Sequence record: MN148435
Direction: 5' to 3' (one strand)
DNA: 64,000 bases
DNA from: Shigella phage SGF2
Every line of letters begins with the position of its first letter. The first letter of the stretch is position 1. Position numbers and translations under genes: made by a program. Under the pieces are notes generated by a model. It was not told the origin of the DNA, ran no database searches, and worked only from the letters and a program-made list of their open reading frames with translations. This document shows positions 1 through 10,038 of this stretch, in pieces.

Positions 1-145
1 GCCAGTCTTTAAGAGGCTGATATTCCATCCTGCAAAAAGTGATAACAGGCAAGATTATCTGACCATCAAGTGTATTAAACATGATAGAGCTTCCACCAAC
101 AAAACAAGAAAAACCGTTAGATAATTTAACTTCTTTAATAGCCAT
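1..145 (-). CDS. hypothetical protein, partial (3' end beyond left window edge)
   Basis: ATG at 145..143 preceded by AGGAG; frame open to position 1; under 60 aa inside window so absent from ORF track. Confidence 0.3.
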   Translation of the reverse strand, partial: MAIKEVKLSNGFSCFVGGSSIMFNTLDGQIILPVITFCRMEYQPLKDW

Positions 146-170
146 TTTTACACTCCTGAAAATAGGTTAT

Positions 171-1043
171 TTACTTACTAGCCTTAATACAGTTGGCTAA
201 ATTAACGTGAACTGTATAAACAGCATTATCAGCGTTATTGTAAACAGTGGTGGCAAGTATTGATTCATTCATCTGACCATAACTCACCAGATTCGTGACA
301 GCTTTCGCATGGCTGTAACGTTGTACAGTACCAAAAGTGACTAGTTCGGGATCGTTATCACTACGCTTTAAGACTAAATCTTCATTGCCCTGATTATCCA
401 GTGTTTTAGTACTAACAACCAGACCACTGCGGGAAACGTTACTGAATTTAACCTTTAAAACTACTTGATTAGTATCACTATCCGCACCGTTGCAAATCAT
501 CCAACCTTTATTGATGGAACTAACAAAGACGTCAGCGGCATTAGTTGCAGGAGCAGGACTAGCGATAGCCTTATCAGAAAGAGATGTGACTAGTGCACTA
601 ACACCGATCGCTGCAACCAGTGCATAACTTGCCAGATTAATAGACTTCATAATCTTACTTGCAACAGTAGGCTTGATTGGTTGCTTCTTGTTTTTCTTAT
701 TCCATGCTTCAACCATGACAGACAAGCGGGATAATTCAGCTTTAGCATCACGGCAGGATTCAGGCCAACTGTTCTGATTCCAGCTATCTAGATTTGCCTG
801 AATGTAACAGTTTATAGCGTCCTGCATATCAGTAAAGCCGTTATCTTTGAACGTGCTTTCATCTTCACACTGTAAAGCGTTCGCAGTAGAATTGATGATC
901 AAGCAAGCCAACATGATTGAGTTTTTGAATCCTTTACGTGCGCTTTCGTTTTCCATCCACGCATCAGAACTACCAATGGTTAAGCCTAAAGAGGAAAGAC
1001 TTTCGTTTGCTTTGTTCAAGTGGTTAATTGCTACTTTAGACAT
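171..1043 (-). CDS. hypothetical membrane-anchored protein
   Basis: 290-aa ORF; central hydrophobic segment SINLASYALVAAIGVSALVTSL; no recognisable catalytic motif. Confidence 0.5.
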   Translation of the reverse strand: MSKVAINHLNKANESLSSLGLTIGSSDAWMENESARKGFKNSIMLACLIINSTANALQCEDESTFKDNGFTDMQDAINCYIQANLDSWNQNSWPESCRDAKAELSRLSVMVEAWNKKNKKQPIKPTVASKIMKSINLASYALVAAIGVSALVTSLSDKAIASPAPATNAADVFVSSINKGWMICNGADSDTNQVVLKVKFSNVSRSGLVVSTKTLDNQGNEDLVLKRSDNDPELVTFGTVQRYSHAKAVTNLVSYGQMNESILATTVYNNADNAVYTVHVNLANCIKASK

Positions 1044-1230
1044 TTGATAATCCTTCTGGTTAATGGAAATTACAAACTACAATCGCAACTATATAATAAA
1101 GGAAAAGGCTGTCAACCATTTATTTTCTAACTTTCTTACAACTTACTGAAAACTAAAGGAATTTAATTTACTAAACTTTCCACACTCAGAGAATCAGCTT
1201 ACTATCTATTGTTACTTTATAACACTAATC

Positions 1231-1664
1231 CTACGGGTGTTACGCTGGTGCTACGGGTAGCAGACCAACATACCAGGACAAACGGGGAACACACATCCGC
1301 AGAACAGACCACGGGGAAACATGCAAGATAGTGCGGTAATAATATACCACTTAAATAATCATCAACTCATAAAAGAAAAAGACCAACAGAACGCTGAAAA
1401 AGGAAAAGAGTAAAAGAAATACAATCATCCACTTAATTAATACATACATCATTATTGCACTCATAATCATTACTATTGAAACTATTTACATTCAAACTAT
1501 GGGGGATGTGGGCTATTACTTATGGGTATTATTAGCTCTCTTATGGTTGTGCCTATACAGTGCTAGCCTTTCTCTCACTCTTTAAAGGGGAACTAAATAA
1601 ACGGGTAGGTAATGTATTGGGTAGTATACACGGGGAAAGAATAACGGGGAGTAGGCACGGGGAA
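1231..1664. repeat. short direct repeats in non-coding leader (CTACGGGT x2; ACGGGGA(A) x5)
   Basis: CTACGGGT at 1231 and 1251; ACGGGGAA at 1282, 1311, 1630, 1657 and ACGGGGA at 1645; no convincing ORF. Confidence 0.5.
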
Positions 1665-2062
1665 ACGCTGGAACGTGGGAGGAGGTGTAAAGGCATTGCC
1701 AATAACCCTTTTTTAAATGAGGACTCCCCCCTTTTAGGAAACGCGCGGCGAACGCCTAGCCCCACTCGGTCAAATCAGAATTTTAAACTCTTATATATAA
1801 GGTTGAAAGAGAACTTATGTGGAAAATTAAGTTAATCATTAAGCAATTCAAATGCAATCATGAGTACTATCGGATACGCAAAGCTTACGGGGATGAAAGA
1901 GTTCACACCCTTTATAAGTCCACTTGGAGATGTAGTGAATGTGGTAAGCTTAAGCACAGCACATGGATGGATAGGCCTTAATGGAAATAATCTTTTGGTT
2001 AGTAATAGTCTTCTGTTTATTCATCTGCTTCTCTATAGCAAGATGTATCAAGTATGACTAAT

Positions 2063-2188
2063 GACATGGCCTTTATGAAGTCCCCTTTATGACATGCCCT
2101 TTACTTCAGCGTACACGGGTTGTTGGTATGAGGTAGTCATCAAAGATGACGTGGCCTTTACGGGTTGGATATGACTAGCCCTTTATAC
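2063..2188. repeat. cluster of GAC(A/G/T)NG(G/C)CCTTTA-like direct repeats
   Basis: gacatggccttta 2063, cccctttatgacatgcccttta 2082-2103, gacgtggccttta 2148, gactagcccttta 2173; upstream of first + strand gene. Confidence 0.5.
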
Positions 2189-2342
2189 TTTTATTCAGAG
2201 GATAGAATATGAGGTTTTTAAAAGAACTACACTCCTTGATTTATAAGGACATAGTGTACTCAGTATCCCGCAATGCATGGTTCTACCAAAAAGGTGGCAA
2301 CGGTGAATGGGTAGATTGAATCTTATTCAGAGGAGAAGAATT

Positions 2343-2597
2343 ATGAATTTAGTATTAGACTTTTTATCAGAGATGGTGCCTCGGTTTAGAACGGAGACAT
2401 ACGCTTTCGTAATCAACAGTGACTCTGAAGATGGGATGGAAGCTACGTGCCTAGGGCGTCTTGTTGATTTAGATGATGAAACAGATTTCGATATTACAAT
2501 TGATGTGAGTAGCTTAGGTTGGCTCTTCTTCAGAGCATTCCGCACTTACAAAGTAGAAACATATAAAGATTACAGCAAGGGAGAGACAGATGAATAA
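2343..2597 (+). CDS. hypothetical protein
   Basis: track ORF 2307..2597; ATG 2343 preferred because AGGAG lies 8 nt upstream. Confidence 0.4.
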   Translation: MNLVLDFLSEMVPRFRTETYAFVINSDSEDGMEATCLGRLVDLDDETDFDITIDVSSLGWLFFRAFRTYKVETYKDYSKGETDE

Positions 2598-3159
2598 TTT
2601 AATCAAAGCGATGGACCTTAACGAGTATAATTCACAGCTGTGTCGCTCTGGCTGTAGTTTACAGCATTTAGAAACTATGGGAAACATCTCAGGACTAGCT
2701 GTACAAGATTTGTATAGTGGAAGTATTCTTAAACCAAATATTACGGAGAACAAAAACATGTTAGATTTGATTCATACTACTCGCCCTGATTCTAAAACTA
2801 AAACACAACCATCTACTCTGGAAGTAGTTGAATATGAATCTACTAAACATGATCACCTCCCTGACTATGCTCGTGCAATGATTGAGATGATCGAAGAAGC
2901 TGAATATGAAATGCTCCATGATTACATTACCTCCAAAGATGAATGGCATCGTGATGTTCGCATCGAAGAGGATGGTACAGAAACAATTACGTGGATTCAC
3001 AAGAGTGAGTTAGTAGACGACGCACTGCGAGACTACGAAAAATTTTTGGTCGATGGCTCTATTCTTTTAGAGGAAGAGAAGGGTGTAGAACTTCCGTGGG
3101 AGGGTGAGATAGTTACTTTAGGTAAGATGTTTAACCTGTCCGTTAGTAATTGTAAGTAA
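2590..3159 (+). CDS. hypothetical protein
   Basis: 189-aa ORF with GGAGAG upstream of ATG; no motif recognised. Confidence 0.5.
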   Translation: MNNLIKAMDLNEYNSQLCRSGCSLQHLETMGNISGLAVQDLYSGSILKPNITENKNMLDLIHTTRPDSKTKTQPSTLEVVEYESTKHDHLPDYARAMIEMIEEAEYEMLHDYITSKDEWHRDVRIEEDGTETITWIHKSELVDDALRDYEKFLVDGSILLEEEKGVELPWEGEIVTLGKMFNLSVSNCK

Positions 3160-3164
3160 TGTTT

Positions 3165-3187
3165 GCCTCCCTTGGGAGGCTTTTTGT
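3165..3187 (+). terminator. intrinsic terminator hairpin
   Basis: gcctcc-cttg-ggaggc stem-loop followed by TTTTT. Confidence 0.5.
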
Positions 3188-3195
3188 GTTATTGA

Positions 3196-3204
3196 TAATG
3201 TAGA
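3196..3204 (+). promoter_or_regulatory. TAATGTAGA, one-mismatch variant of recurring TAATGTATA motif
   Basis: located 12 nt upstream of ATG 3216; close to RBS so weak. Confidence 0.2.
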
Positions 3205-3215
3205 AGGAGTATAAA

Positions 3216-3689
3216 ATGTTTGGAGAAAACGGAGAACTCACACCTGCACAGGTAGCTGAGATTACAGGAAGATTACCCGGAGTAACGGAAGAACTTGAAG
3301 TCCGTGGTATGAACCCAAGCAATGGGAAGTTTCAAAAGGGAAATAAATTCGGACGACCCAGAGGTAGTAGAGGTAAACTGACACAATTAATGTTGGACCG
3401 TGTTGCTGCAAGTCATTTGTCTCCTGATGAAGTGTTAATTCAAATTTACGAAGATCCTAATATTCCACCTGATCTTAGATTCAAGGCTGCATCAAAAGTT
3501 GCAGATCTGGTATATCCTAAGGCGGCCTCTGTTGAAGTTAAGATTGAGGAAGAGAATGTAATCAACGAAGAATCATTGAATGCACAAATCAAGGACTTCT
3601 TGACTGGAGCACTTGGTATCGACGTTATGCCTCCAGAAGAAGACAACTCTGAGGACGCTGAAAAGGGGGAGGAAGCGGACGAGAGTTAA
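3216..3689 (+). CDS. putative terminase small subunit
   Basis: 157-aa basic N-terminus and acidic C-terminus ORF immediately upstream of large terminase; positional inference only. Confidence 0.35.
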   Translation: MFGENGELTPAQVAEITGRLPGVTEELEVRGMNPSNGKFQKGNKFGRPRGSRGKLTQLMLDRVAASHLSPDEVLIQIYEDPNIPPDLRFKAASKVADLVYPKAASVEVKIEEENVINEESLNAQIKDFLTGALGIDVMPPEEDNSEDAEKGEEADES

Positions 3690-3758
3690 GTAAAGGAAAG
3701 AAGGGGAGGTTCTTTGACGAAGGGACTTTCCCTTTTCTATTTTTAAACTGGAGGAAGT

Positions 3759-5300
3759 ATGTCATTAGATAAACAAATTTATGAAGCTCTAACTGGTAAC
3801 AACCTTAGTGTAGACGAAAAGAAAGCACTATTGAATATGTTGAAAGAGCGTGACCAATGGAGGAAGTATAATAGGATTTTGTCTTTCAAGGCATATGACT
3901 TCCAAAAGAAATTTTATGCAGCAGGATTGAAGCATCGCTTTAGATTCTTGTGTGCAGCGAACCGTGTTGGTAAATCTTATAGCGAGGCATACGAGTTTGC
4001 TTGTCATGTCACAGGTCGCTACCCAACTTGGTGGACAGGTTATAAATTTAAAAGACCTATCTTAGCATGGGCAGTTGGTATTACAGGGGATTCCACAAGG
4101 AAGGTATTGCAAAAGGAATTGTTTGGTACACCTATCGGAAAGGATACAAATTTATTAGGGACAGGTGTCATTCCTCGTGATGCTATCGTCATTGATACGA
4201 TAGAACGAGATGGTAACAAACTTCAAATCGTACAAATCAAACATCAAAATGAGAGAGGAGAGTTTGACGGTTTAAGTACATTAGAATTCCGTTCAACCCA
4301 ACAGGGTGAACACACATTGATGGGTGCAACAGTTGACTACATTTGGTTAGACGAAGAAGATCCATACGAGTCTATGGCTATATTCGCACAGTGCGTCACA
4401 CGTACACTCACAACTAAAGGTCTAGTTACAATTACAGCTACACCAGAGAACGGTTTAACTGAACTGGTAGATAAATTTATGAAAGGTGAAGGGGATGAGA
4501 GCACAGGTTCTCTATATTTCCAGAATGCTTCTTGGTGGGATGCTCATGCAGACCTAGGTGGACACATCACTGACCAAGATATAAAAGATATGACTGAAGG
4601 TATTCCAGCATGGCAGTTAGAGATGCGTTCAAAAGGTATGCCATTGTTAGGAAGTGGTTTGATATATGATGTATCGGATGACACAATTAAATGTGAACCA
4701 TTCGAAATTCCTGATACGTGGAAACGTGTCTGTGCAATTGATATTGGTATTGATCACCCAACTGCTGCTGTTTGGACAGCTTACGACGCAAACACGGATA
4801 CTATCTATGTTTACGACTCATATAAAGAAGGTGGCTTTACTCCAGTGTATCATGCTCCAGCTATTAATGGTCGTGGTCAGTGGATTCCTGTCATCCTACC
4901 GCATGATGCGGACAATACTGAGAAAGGTAGTGGTTCATCTGTTGCTCAATTCTATAAGAATGCAGGAGTTAACGTACAGAGTGAGACCTTCTACAACAAA
5001 ATTGGAATGGATGGTAAAAAGAACTTCTTTGTAGAACCGGGAATCACAGATATCCGAGAAAGAATGATGAGTGGACGCTTTAAAGTCTTTAACACAGCCG
5101 CTAACGCTAAGCTATTCGAAGAGAAAGCTAGATATCACCGTAAGGTTGGTAAGATTATTAAAGAACATGATGACTTAATGGATGCAATGCGCTATTCAGC
5201 GTGCTCTGTTACACATCGTGGTCGCTCTAAGCATGATGTTAGCTACGGAAGCGCTTCTTTGTATGAGGCAAACGTAAGCAGATGGAATCAGAGCTACTAA
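3759..5300 (+). CDS. terL: terminase large subunit
   Basis: 513 aa; Walker A-like CAANRVGKSY, Walker B-like YIWLDEED, C-terminal nuclease-like region with DIGIDHP; GGAGG RBS. Confidence 0.8.
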   Translation: MSLDKQIYEALTGNNLSVDEKKALLNMLKERDQWRKYNRILSFKAYDFQKKFYAAGLKHRFRFLCAANRVGKSYSEAYEFACHVTGRYPTWWTGYKFKRPILAWAVGITGDSTRKVLQKELFGTPIGKDTNLLGTGVIPRDAIVIDTIERDGNKLQIVQIKHQNERGEFDGLSTLEFRSTQQGEHTLMGATVDYIWLDEEDPYESMAIFAQCVTRTLTTKGLVTITATPENGLTELVDKFMKGEGDESTGSLYFQNASWWDAHADLGGHITDQDIKDMTEGIPAWQLEMRSKGMPLLGSGLIYDVSDDTIKCEPFEIPDTWKRVCAIDIGIDHPTAAVWTAYDANTDTIYVYDSYKEGGFTPVYHAPAINGRGQWIPVILPHDADNTEKGSGSSVAQFYKNAGVNVQSETFYNKIGMDGKKNFFVEPGITDIRERMMSGRFKVFNTAANAKLFEEKARYHRKVGKIIKEHDDLMDAMRYSACSVTHRGRSKHDVSYGSASLYEANVSRWNQSY

Positions 5301-5302
5301 AG

Positions 5303-5335
5303 TAAGGGGAGGTTTGTCCTCCCTTCTTTTATTTA
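5303..5335 (+). terminator. intrinsic terminator hairpin
   Basis: aaggggagg-tttgt-cctccctt followed by cttttattt. Confidence 0.45.
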
Positions 5336-5360
5336 AGCTATCAACCGAGGGAGAGAATAG

Positions 5361-7604
5361 ATGGCTAAGCAAAAATATAGTGAAGAGGTGTTGGACGAGT
5401 TACGTGTTGACCTTCAACGTCGTTTTAATTACGCTCAAGGTTACGTTGACATGGCTGTTAAGGGCTATGCTCGTGAAGCTTGGGAATATTTCTATGGTAA
5501 CTTACCTGCACCAGTAACTGCTGGCAGCTCTAGTTGGGTAGATCGTACTGTTTGGGAATCTGTTAACGGTACACTGCAAGATATTATTAACGTATTCTGT
5601 TCTGGTGACGAAGCAGTTACCTTCGTAGCTGATAACCAACAGGACTCTGATGCTGCTGATGTAGCAACTAAACTAGTTAACCAAATTCTTCTGCGTGACA
5701 ATCCGGGATACAATATTATCTCCTCTGCTGCACAAGAATGTCTGGTTACTCGTAACTCTTTTATCAAATATTATTGGGATGAGCACACTTCTACTCAAAC
5801 TGAAGAAGCTGAAGGTGTACCACCGGAAGCATTAGCTGCATATGTTCAGGGATTAGAAGCTGGTGGACTTAAGAATCTGGAAATCTTCACTGAAGAAAAT
5901 GAAGATGGTACAGTAGATGTTAAAGTTACTTATGAACAAACTGTTAAACGTGTGAAAGTTGAATACGTTCCTTCAGAGCAAATCTTTGTTGATGAACATG
6001 CTACCTCTTTTGCAGATGCACAATACTTCTGTCATCGTGTACGTCGTTCTAAAGAAGATCTGGTTGCTATGGGCTTCCCTAAAGATGAGATTGAAGCATT
6101 CAACGACTGGACAGACACGATGGATACCACTCAATCTACAGTTGCTTGGTCTCGTACTGACTGGCGTCAGGACATTGATGCTGATATTGGTACAGATACT
6201 GAAGATATCGCTACTATGGTTTGGGTTTATGAGCACTACATCCGTACTGGTGTTCTAGACAAGAATAAAGAGTCTAAACTCTATCAGGTTATTCAAGCTG
6301 GTGAGCATATCCTTCACACTGAAGAAGTAACTCACATTCCGTTTGTAACCTTCTGTCCGTATCCGATTCCGGGTTCCTTCTATGGTCAGTCAGTCTATGA
6401 CATTACGAAAGATATTCAGGATTTACGCACCGCGTTAGTTCGTGGTTATATTGATAACGTCAACAATGCTAACTATGGTCGATACAAAGCACTAGTTGGT
6501 GCATACGATCGTCGCTCTCTGCTTGATAACCGTCCCGGTGGAGTGGTTGAAATGGAACGTCAGGACGCTATTGACCTGTTCCCATACCATAACCTACCTC
6601 AAGGTATCGACGGCCTCCTAGGTATGTCTGAGGAGCTTAAAGAGACACGTACCGGTGTAACTAAACTTGGCATGGGTATCAACCCTGATGTGTTTAAGAA
6701 TGATAACGCTTATGCAACCGTAGGCTTGATGATGAATGCCGCACAGAACCGTCTCCGTATGGTATGTCGTAACATTGCTCACAATGGTATGGTTGAATTG
6801 ATGCGTGGTATTTACAGCCTTATCAGAGAAAACGGTGAAGTTCCTATTGAGGTACAAACCCCTCGTGGTATGGTTCAGGTTAATCCGAAACAATTACCAG
6901 CTCGTCACAATCTTCAAGTTGTTGTAGCTATCTCTCCTAATGAGAAAGCAGAACGTGCACAGAAACTGATTAGTTTGAAACAGCTGATTGCAGCAGATGC
7001 ACAGTTAGCACCTCTCTTTGGTTTGGAGCAAGACCGCTACATGACTGCACAGATCTTTGAGTTGATGGGTATTAAGGACACTCACAAATACCTACTGCCT
7101 CTGGAACAGTATCAGCCTCCTGAGCCGTCTCCGATGGAAATCCTCCAGCTCGAGATGACTAAAGCACAGGTTGAGAACGTACAGGCTTCTTCTCAGAAGA
7201 TGATTGCTGATGCATTCGACCAACGTGAACGTACTACATTCGAACAGCAGAAAGCTGCGGATGAATTAAGTCTGCGTCAGGAAGAGTTGCAGTTCAAGCA
7301 AGAAAATGCAGCAGATGCTATGACTCTGGAAAACCGTAAAGAAGATAACAATGCAACTCTGGAACAAGCTAAGCACAAGTTAGCTCTTATGCAACAGCAG
7401 GTCCGTCAGTATGAGTCTGTACTGAAAGAATTGCAGATGGTTATGGAGCATCAGGTAGACCAAGAGAAGATTGTTCAGCAATCTCGTGTTCAGGATAAGA
7501 CTTTGGAACTCCAGAAGAAAGAAGCAAATGTAACTAAGAAAGAGCAACAAGCTTCTCTCAAAGATTCACGGATTCCAGGCAAACGTCTTGGAAGTAAAAA
7601 GTAA
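5361..7604 (+). CDS. portal protein
   Basis: 747-aa ORF directly downstream of terL with long C-terminal coiled-coil-like region; size and position. Confidence 0.6.
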   Translation: MAKQKYSEEVLDELRVDLQRRFNYAQGYVDMAVKGYAREAWEYFYGNLPAPVTAGSSSWVDRTVWESVNGTLQDIINVFCSGDEAVTFVADNQQDSDAADVATKLVNQILLRDNPGYNIISSAAQECLVTRNSFIKYYWDEHTSTQTEEAEGVPPEALAAYVQGLEAGGLKNLEIFTEENEDGTVDVKVTYEQTVKRVKVEYVPSEQIFVDEHATSFADAQYFCHRVRRSKEDLVAMGFPKDEIEAFNDWTDTMDTTQSTVAWSRTDWRQDIDADIGTDTEDIATMVWVYEHYIRTGVLDKNKESKLYQVIQAGEHILHTEEVTHIPFVTFCPYPIPGSFYGQSVYDITKDIQDLRTALVRGYIDNVNNANYGRYKALVGAYDRRSLLDNRPGGVVEMERQDAIDLFPYHNLPQGIDGLLGMSEELKETRTGVTKLGMGINPDVFKNDNAYATVGLMMNAAQNRLRMVCRNIAHNGMVELMRGIYSLIRENGEVPIEVQTPRGMVQVNPKQLPARHNLQVVVAISPNEKAERAQKLISLKQLIAADAQLAPLFGLEQDRYMTAQIFELMGIKDTHKYLLPLEQYQPPEPSPMEILQLEMTKAQVENVQASSQKMIADAFDQRERTTFEQQKAADELSLRQEELQFKQENAADAMTLENRKEDNNATLEQAKHKLALMQQQVRQYESVLKELQMVMEHQVDQEKIVQQSRVQDKTLELQKKEANVTKKEQQASLKDSRIPGKRLGSKK

Positions 7605-7613
7605 GGACGTCGA

Positions 7614-7850
7614 ATGAACATTAGGCATCAATTCAATAAAGAGCACGCCGCCGCTTTGGCGGCTCTCAATCTTAACGGCAGTCTTGACGCAGCATTAGAG
7701 GCATTGAAAGAAAGACTCATGACAGAGATAGTTCAAACTGAACCTCATGAGAATAAGAAACGCGAAGATTGTTATCAAAAGTATAAAATGGTGGGTAGCT
7801 TAAAAGAGGTCATAAAAGCTGCTATCAATAGTGCAGGAGATGTTTCATAA
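7614..7850 (+). CDS. hypothetical protein
   Basis: 78-aa ORF; stop overlaps next start (TAATG). Confidence 0.4.
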   Translation: MNIRHQFNKEHAAALAALNLNGSLDAALEALKERLMTEIVQTEPHENKKREDCYQKYKMVGSLKEVIKAAINSAGDVS

Positions 7851-8935
7851 TGCCACAAGATAATTATATTGACCCGAACGATTTTAAATCTTTCCTCCAA
7901 CTGGATGACCTGAAAGGTTCTTTTAAAGAAGAGCTTGGTCGATTAGAATCTGAACAAGAACCAGAAGTGGACATTGACGATGAGTTCCCGGAAGATACCG
8001 GTGACAACTTCGACTTTGATACCGACCTTCTCGGTGAAAGCGATGAGCTTAAGTTCGAAGATGAAGATGGTTGGGAAGATCATGATGAGGAAGGCGAAGT
8101 CGAAGAAGATGGGGATGACTCTGATGAAGGTGATGAAAACACTGAAGCAGAAGAGGAAGACTCAAGCGATGCAGGATATGAAGATGATTCTGCTGACGGT
8201 GATGGTGAAGTCTTTGATGTAGACTACGAAACCGTTATCACCCTTCCTGATGGACGTGAGATGACTATTGAAGAACTCTCCAATGGCTATCTTACTGGTG
8301 CTGACATGACTGAACGAGAATCAACTCTTCAGCGTCACATGGAAGCATTTGAGGAACGTGTAGTAGGTTTGAAGGATGTATTAGAATTAGCGTCTTTAGA
8401 AGCAGACCGAGTAATTGAAGATTACAATGGTTTTGATTGGGACAAGCTTGCAGTAGAAGATCCTCAAGCATATGTTGAAAACAAACGTTTCCTAGAGAAG
8501 TACACAGCTCGTCGTAACCAGCTTGAACAGGCTCAGATGCGTGTTAAGCAGGAAGCAGCAGCTAAAGAGCAGGAAGCTTTCCAAGCCAAGAGTGTTGAGT
8601 GCGTTAATATTCTGAAACGTGAGATTCCAAATTGGGATGAAAACTTATATCAAAACTTAATGCAATATGCAATTGACTTAGGTGCTACTGAAGAAGAAGT
8701 ATTGAAGGAAAACCGTCCGTCTATTTTCCTAGCTCTCCACAAAGCATACCAATTTGATAAAGGTAAGCAGCAGGTGATGGCTAAGATTAAACGTCCCGGT
8801 GCTCCACGCAAGGTTGTGAAGTCTGATGCTGCAAAGTCTCGTACTTCCAATAAGCCAGACAACGCTAAGGTTGCCAAGGCATTCGCAGAGGGTCGCGTTA
8901 GTCACGAAGACGCATTCAAATTCCTCGTAGATTAA
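7850..8935 (+). CDS. scaffolding protein
   Basis: 361 aa between portal and capsid; highly acidic D/E-rich N-terminal half, helical C-terminal half. Confidence 0.5.
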   Translation: MPQDNYIDPNDFKSFLQLDDLKGSFKEELGRLESEQEPEVDIDDEFPEDTGDNFDFDTDLLGESDELKFEDEDGWEDHDEEGEVEEDGDDSDEGDENTEAEEEDSSDAGYEDDSADGDGEVFDVDYETVITLPDGREMTIEELSNGYLTGADMTERESTLQRHMEAFEERVVGLKDVLELASLEADRVIEDYNGFDWDKLAVEDPQAYVENKRFLEKYTARRNQLEQAQMRVKQEAAAKEQEAFQAKSVECVNILKREIPNWDENLYQNLMQYAIDLGATEEEVLKENRPSIFLALHKAYQFDKGKQQVMAKIKRPGAPRKVVKSDAAKSRTSNKPDNAKVAKAFAEGRVSHEDAFKFLVD

Positions 8936-8976
8936 TCGACAAATTAATTATTTAATAGTATAGGAGCTAACATAAC

Positions 8977-10038
8977 ATGGCTAATCCAACTTTATTTGTA
9001 TCGTATGACCAGAATGGTAAAAAACTTTCTTTTGCTAACTGGATTTCTGTTCTGTCCCCTCAGGATACTCCGTTCGTATCTATGACCGGTAAAGAGTCTA
9101 TCAACCAGACTATCTTTAGCTGGCAGACCGATGCACTGGCAAGCGTTGATGGTAATAACGCACACGTCGAAGGCTCTCGTGCTGAAGACGGCGAAATGAA
9201 ACCGACCGTTATCAAGTCTAACGTTACTCAGATTCTGCGTAAGGTTGTTCGTGTTTCTGACACTGCTAACACCACCGCTAACTACGGTCGTGGTCGTGAA
9301 CTGATGTATCAGCTGGAGAAGAAAGGTAAAGAGATCAAGCGTGACCTCGAGAAAATCCTTCTGTCCGGTCAGGCTCGTACCGACGTTCTGGCTGACCAGT
9401 ACCTGACTAACTCTGCAACTGATCCTGCTGTTGTTGGTCTGAATGACACCCATGCAGCTCGTAAGACTGGTGCATTCCAGTTCCTGTGTGCTCACGGCGG
9501 TCTGGCTGGTGGCGTTGTTGACAAAACCAAGAACGGTCCTGCTGACCCGGATACTGGTGCAGTAACTGTTAAAGTTGCACAGAACGCTTCTAACCCGACC
9601 ACTAACATCGGTTTTGACGAAGCTGATATCTTTGATATGACTCTGCAACTGTACACCGCTGGTTCTGAAGCAGATATCATCATGATTAACCCGGCTCATG
9701 CTAAGATCTTCGCTGGCCTGCAAGAAAACACTCAGGGTTCACGTAAGCGTATCTTTGAGAACACCAAGCAGTTCATCTACGAAGTTAACAGCATCACTGA
9801 CCCGCTGGGCCAGAGCTACAAAATCATCGTTAACCGTTGGATGCCTACTGATGCAGTTTACTTCTTCCGTAGCGCTGACTGGACCCAGATGGTTCTGCGT
9901 GCTCCGAAACGTACTGAACTGGCGAAAGATGGTTCTTACGAGAAGTGGATGATTGAAATGGAAGTTGGTCTGCGTCACCGCAACCCGTATGCTTCCGGCG
10001 TTCTGTTCACTGCTGCGGGAAAGGTAGCGGCGGCGTAA
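8977..10038 (+). CDS. major capsid protein (short form)
   Basis: 353-aa ORF after scaffold with strong codon regularity; ends ...TAAGKVAAA-TAA. Confidence 0.65.
   Translation: MANPTLFVSYDQNGKKLSFANWISVLSPQDTPFVSMTGKESINQTIFSWQTDALASVDGNNAHVEGSRAEDGEMKPTVIKSNVTQILRKVVRVSDTANTTANYGRGRELMYQLEKKGKEIKRDLEKILLSGQARTDVLADQYLTNSATDPAVVGLNDTHAARKTGAFQFLCAHGGLAGGVVDKTKNGPADPDTGAVTVKVAQNASNPTTNIGFDEADIFDMTLQLYTAGSEADIIMINPAHAKIFAGLQENTQGSRKRIFENTKQFIYEVNSITDPLGQSYKIIVNRWMPTDAVYFFRSADWTQMVLRAPKRTELAKDGSYEKWMIEMEVGLRHRNPYASGVLFTAAGKVAAA
10017..10023 (+). other. candidate -1 programmed ribosomal frameshift slippery heptamer G_GGA_AAG
   Basis: X_XXY_YYZ pattern in capsid frame, 5 codons before the capsid stop; -1 frame is open from 9957 to 11078. 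Confidence 0.5.

Noticed and set aside
1553-2057. Short ORFs in the leader (1560..1835 +, 1553..1765 -, 1860..2057 +)
   Set aside because: Fall within the repeat-rich non-coding region, lack RBS, and overlap one another; treated as non-coding.
1231-2188. Possible CRISPR array suggested by the short direct repeats
   Set aside because: Repeats are 7-13 nt, irregularly spaced and of several unrelated families; no 25-40 nt repeat-spacer periodicity.
4666-5034. 122-aa + strand ORF
   Set aside because: Alternative frame inside the large terminase gene; no independent support.
7974-8222. 82-aa + strand ORF (M/K-rich)
   Set aside because: Out-of-frame overlap within the acidic repeat region of the scaffold gene; artefact of GA-rich repeats.
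8992-9723. 243-aa ORF on the - strand
   Set aside because: Lies entirely antisense within the well-supported major capsid gene; no RBS or promoter context; likely a by-product of capsid codon composition.
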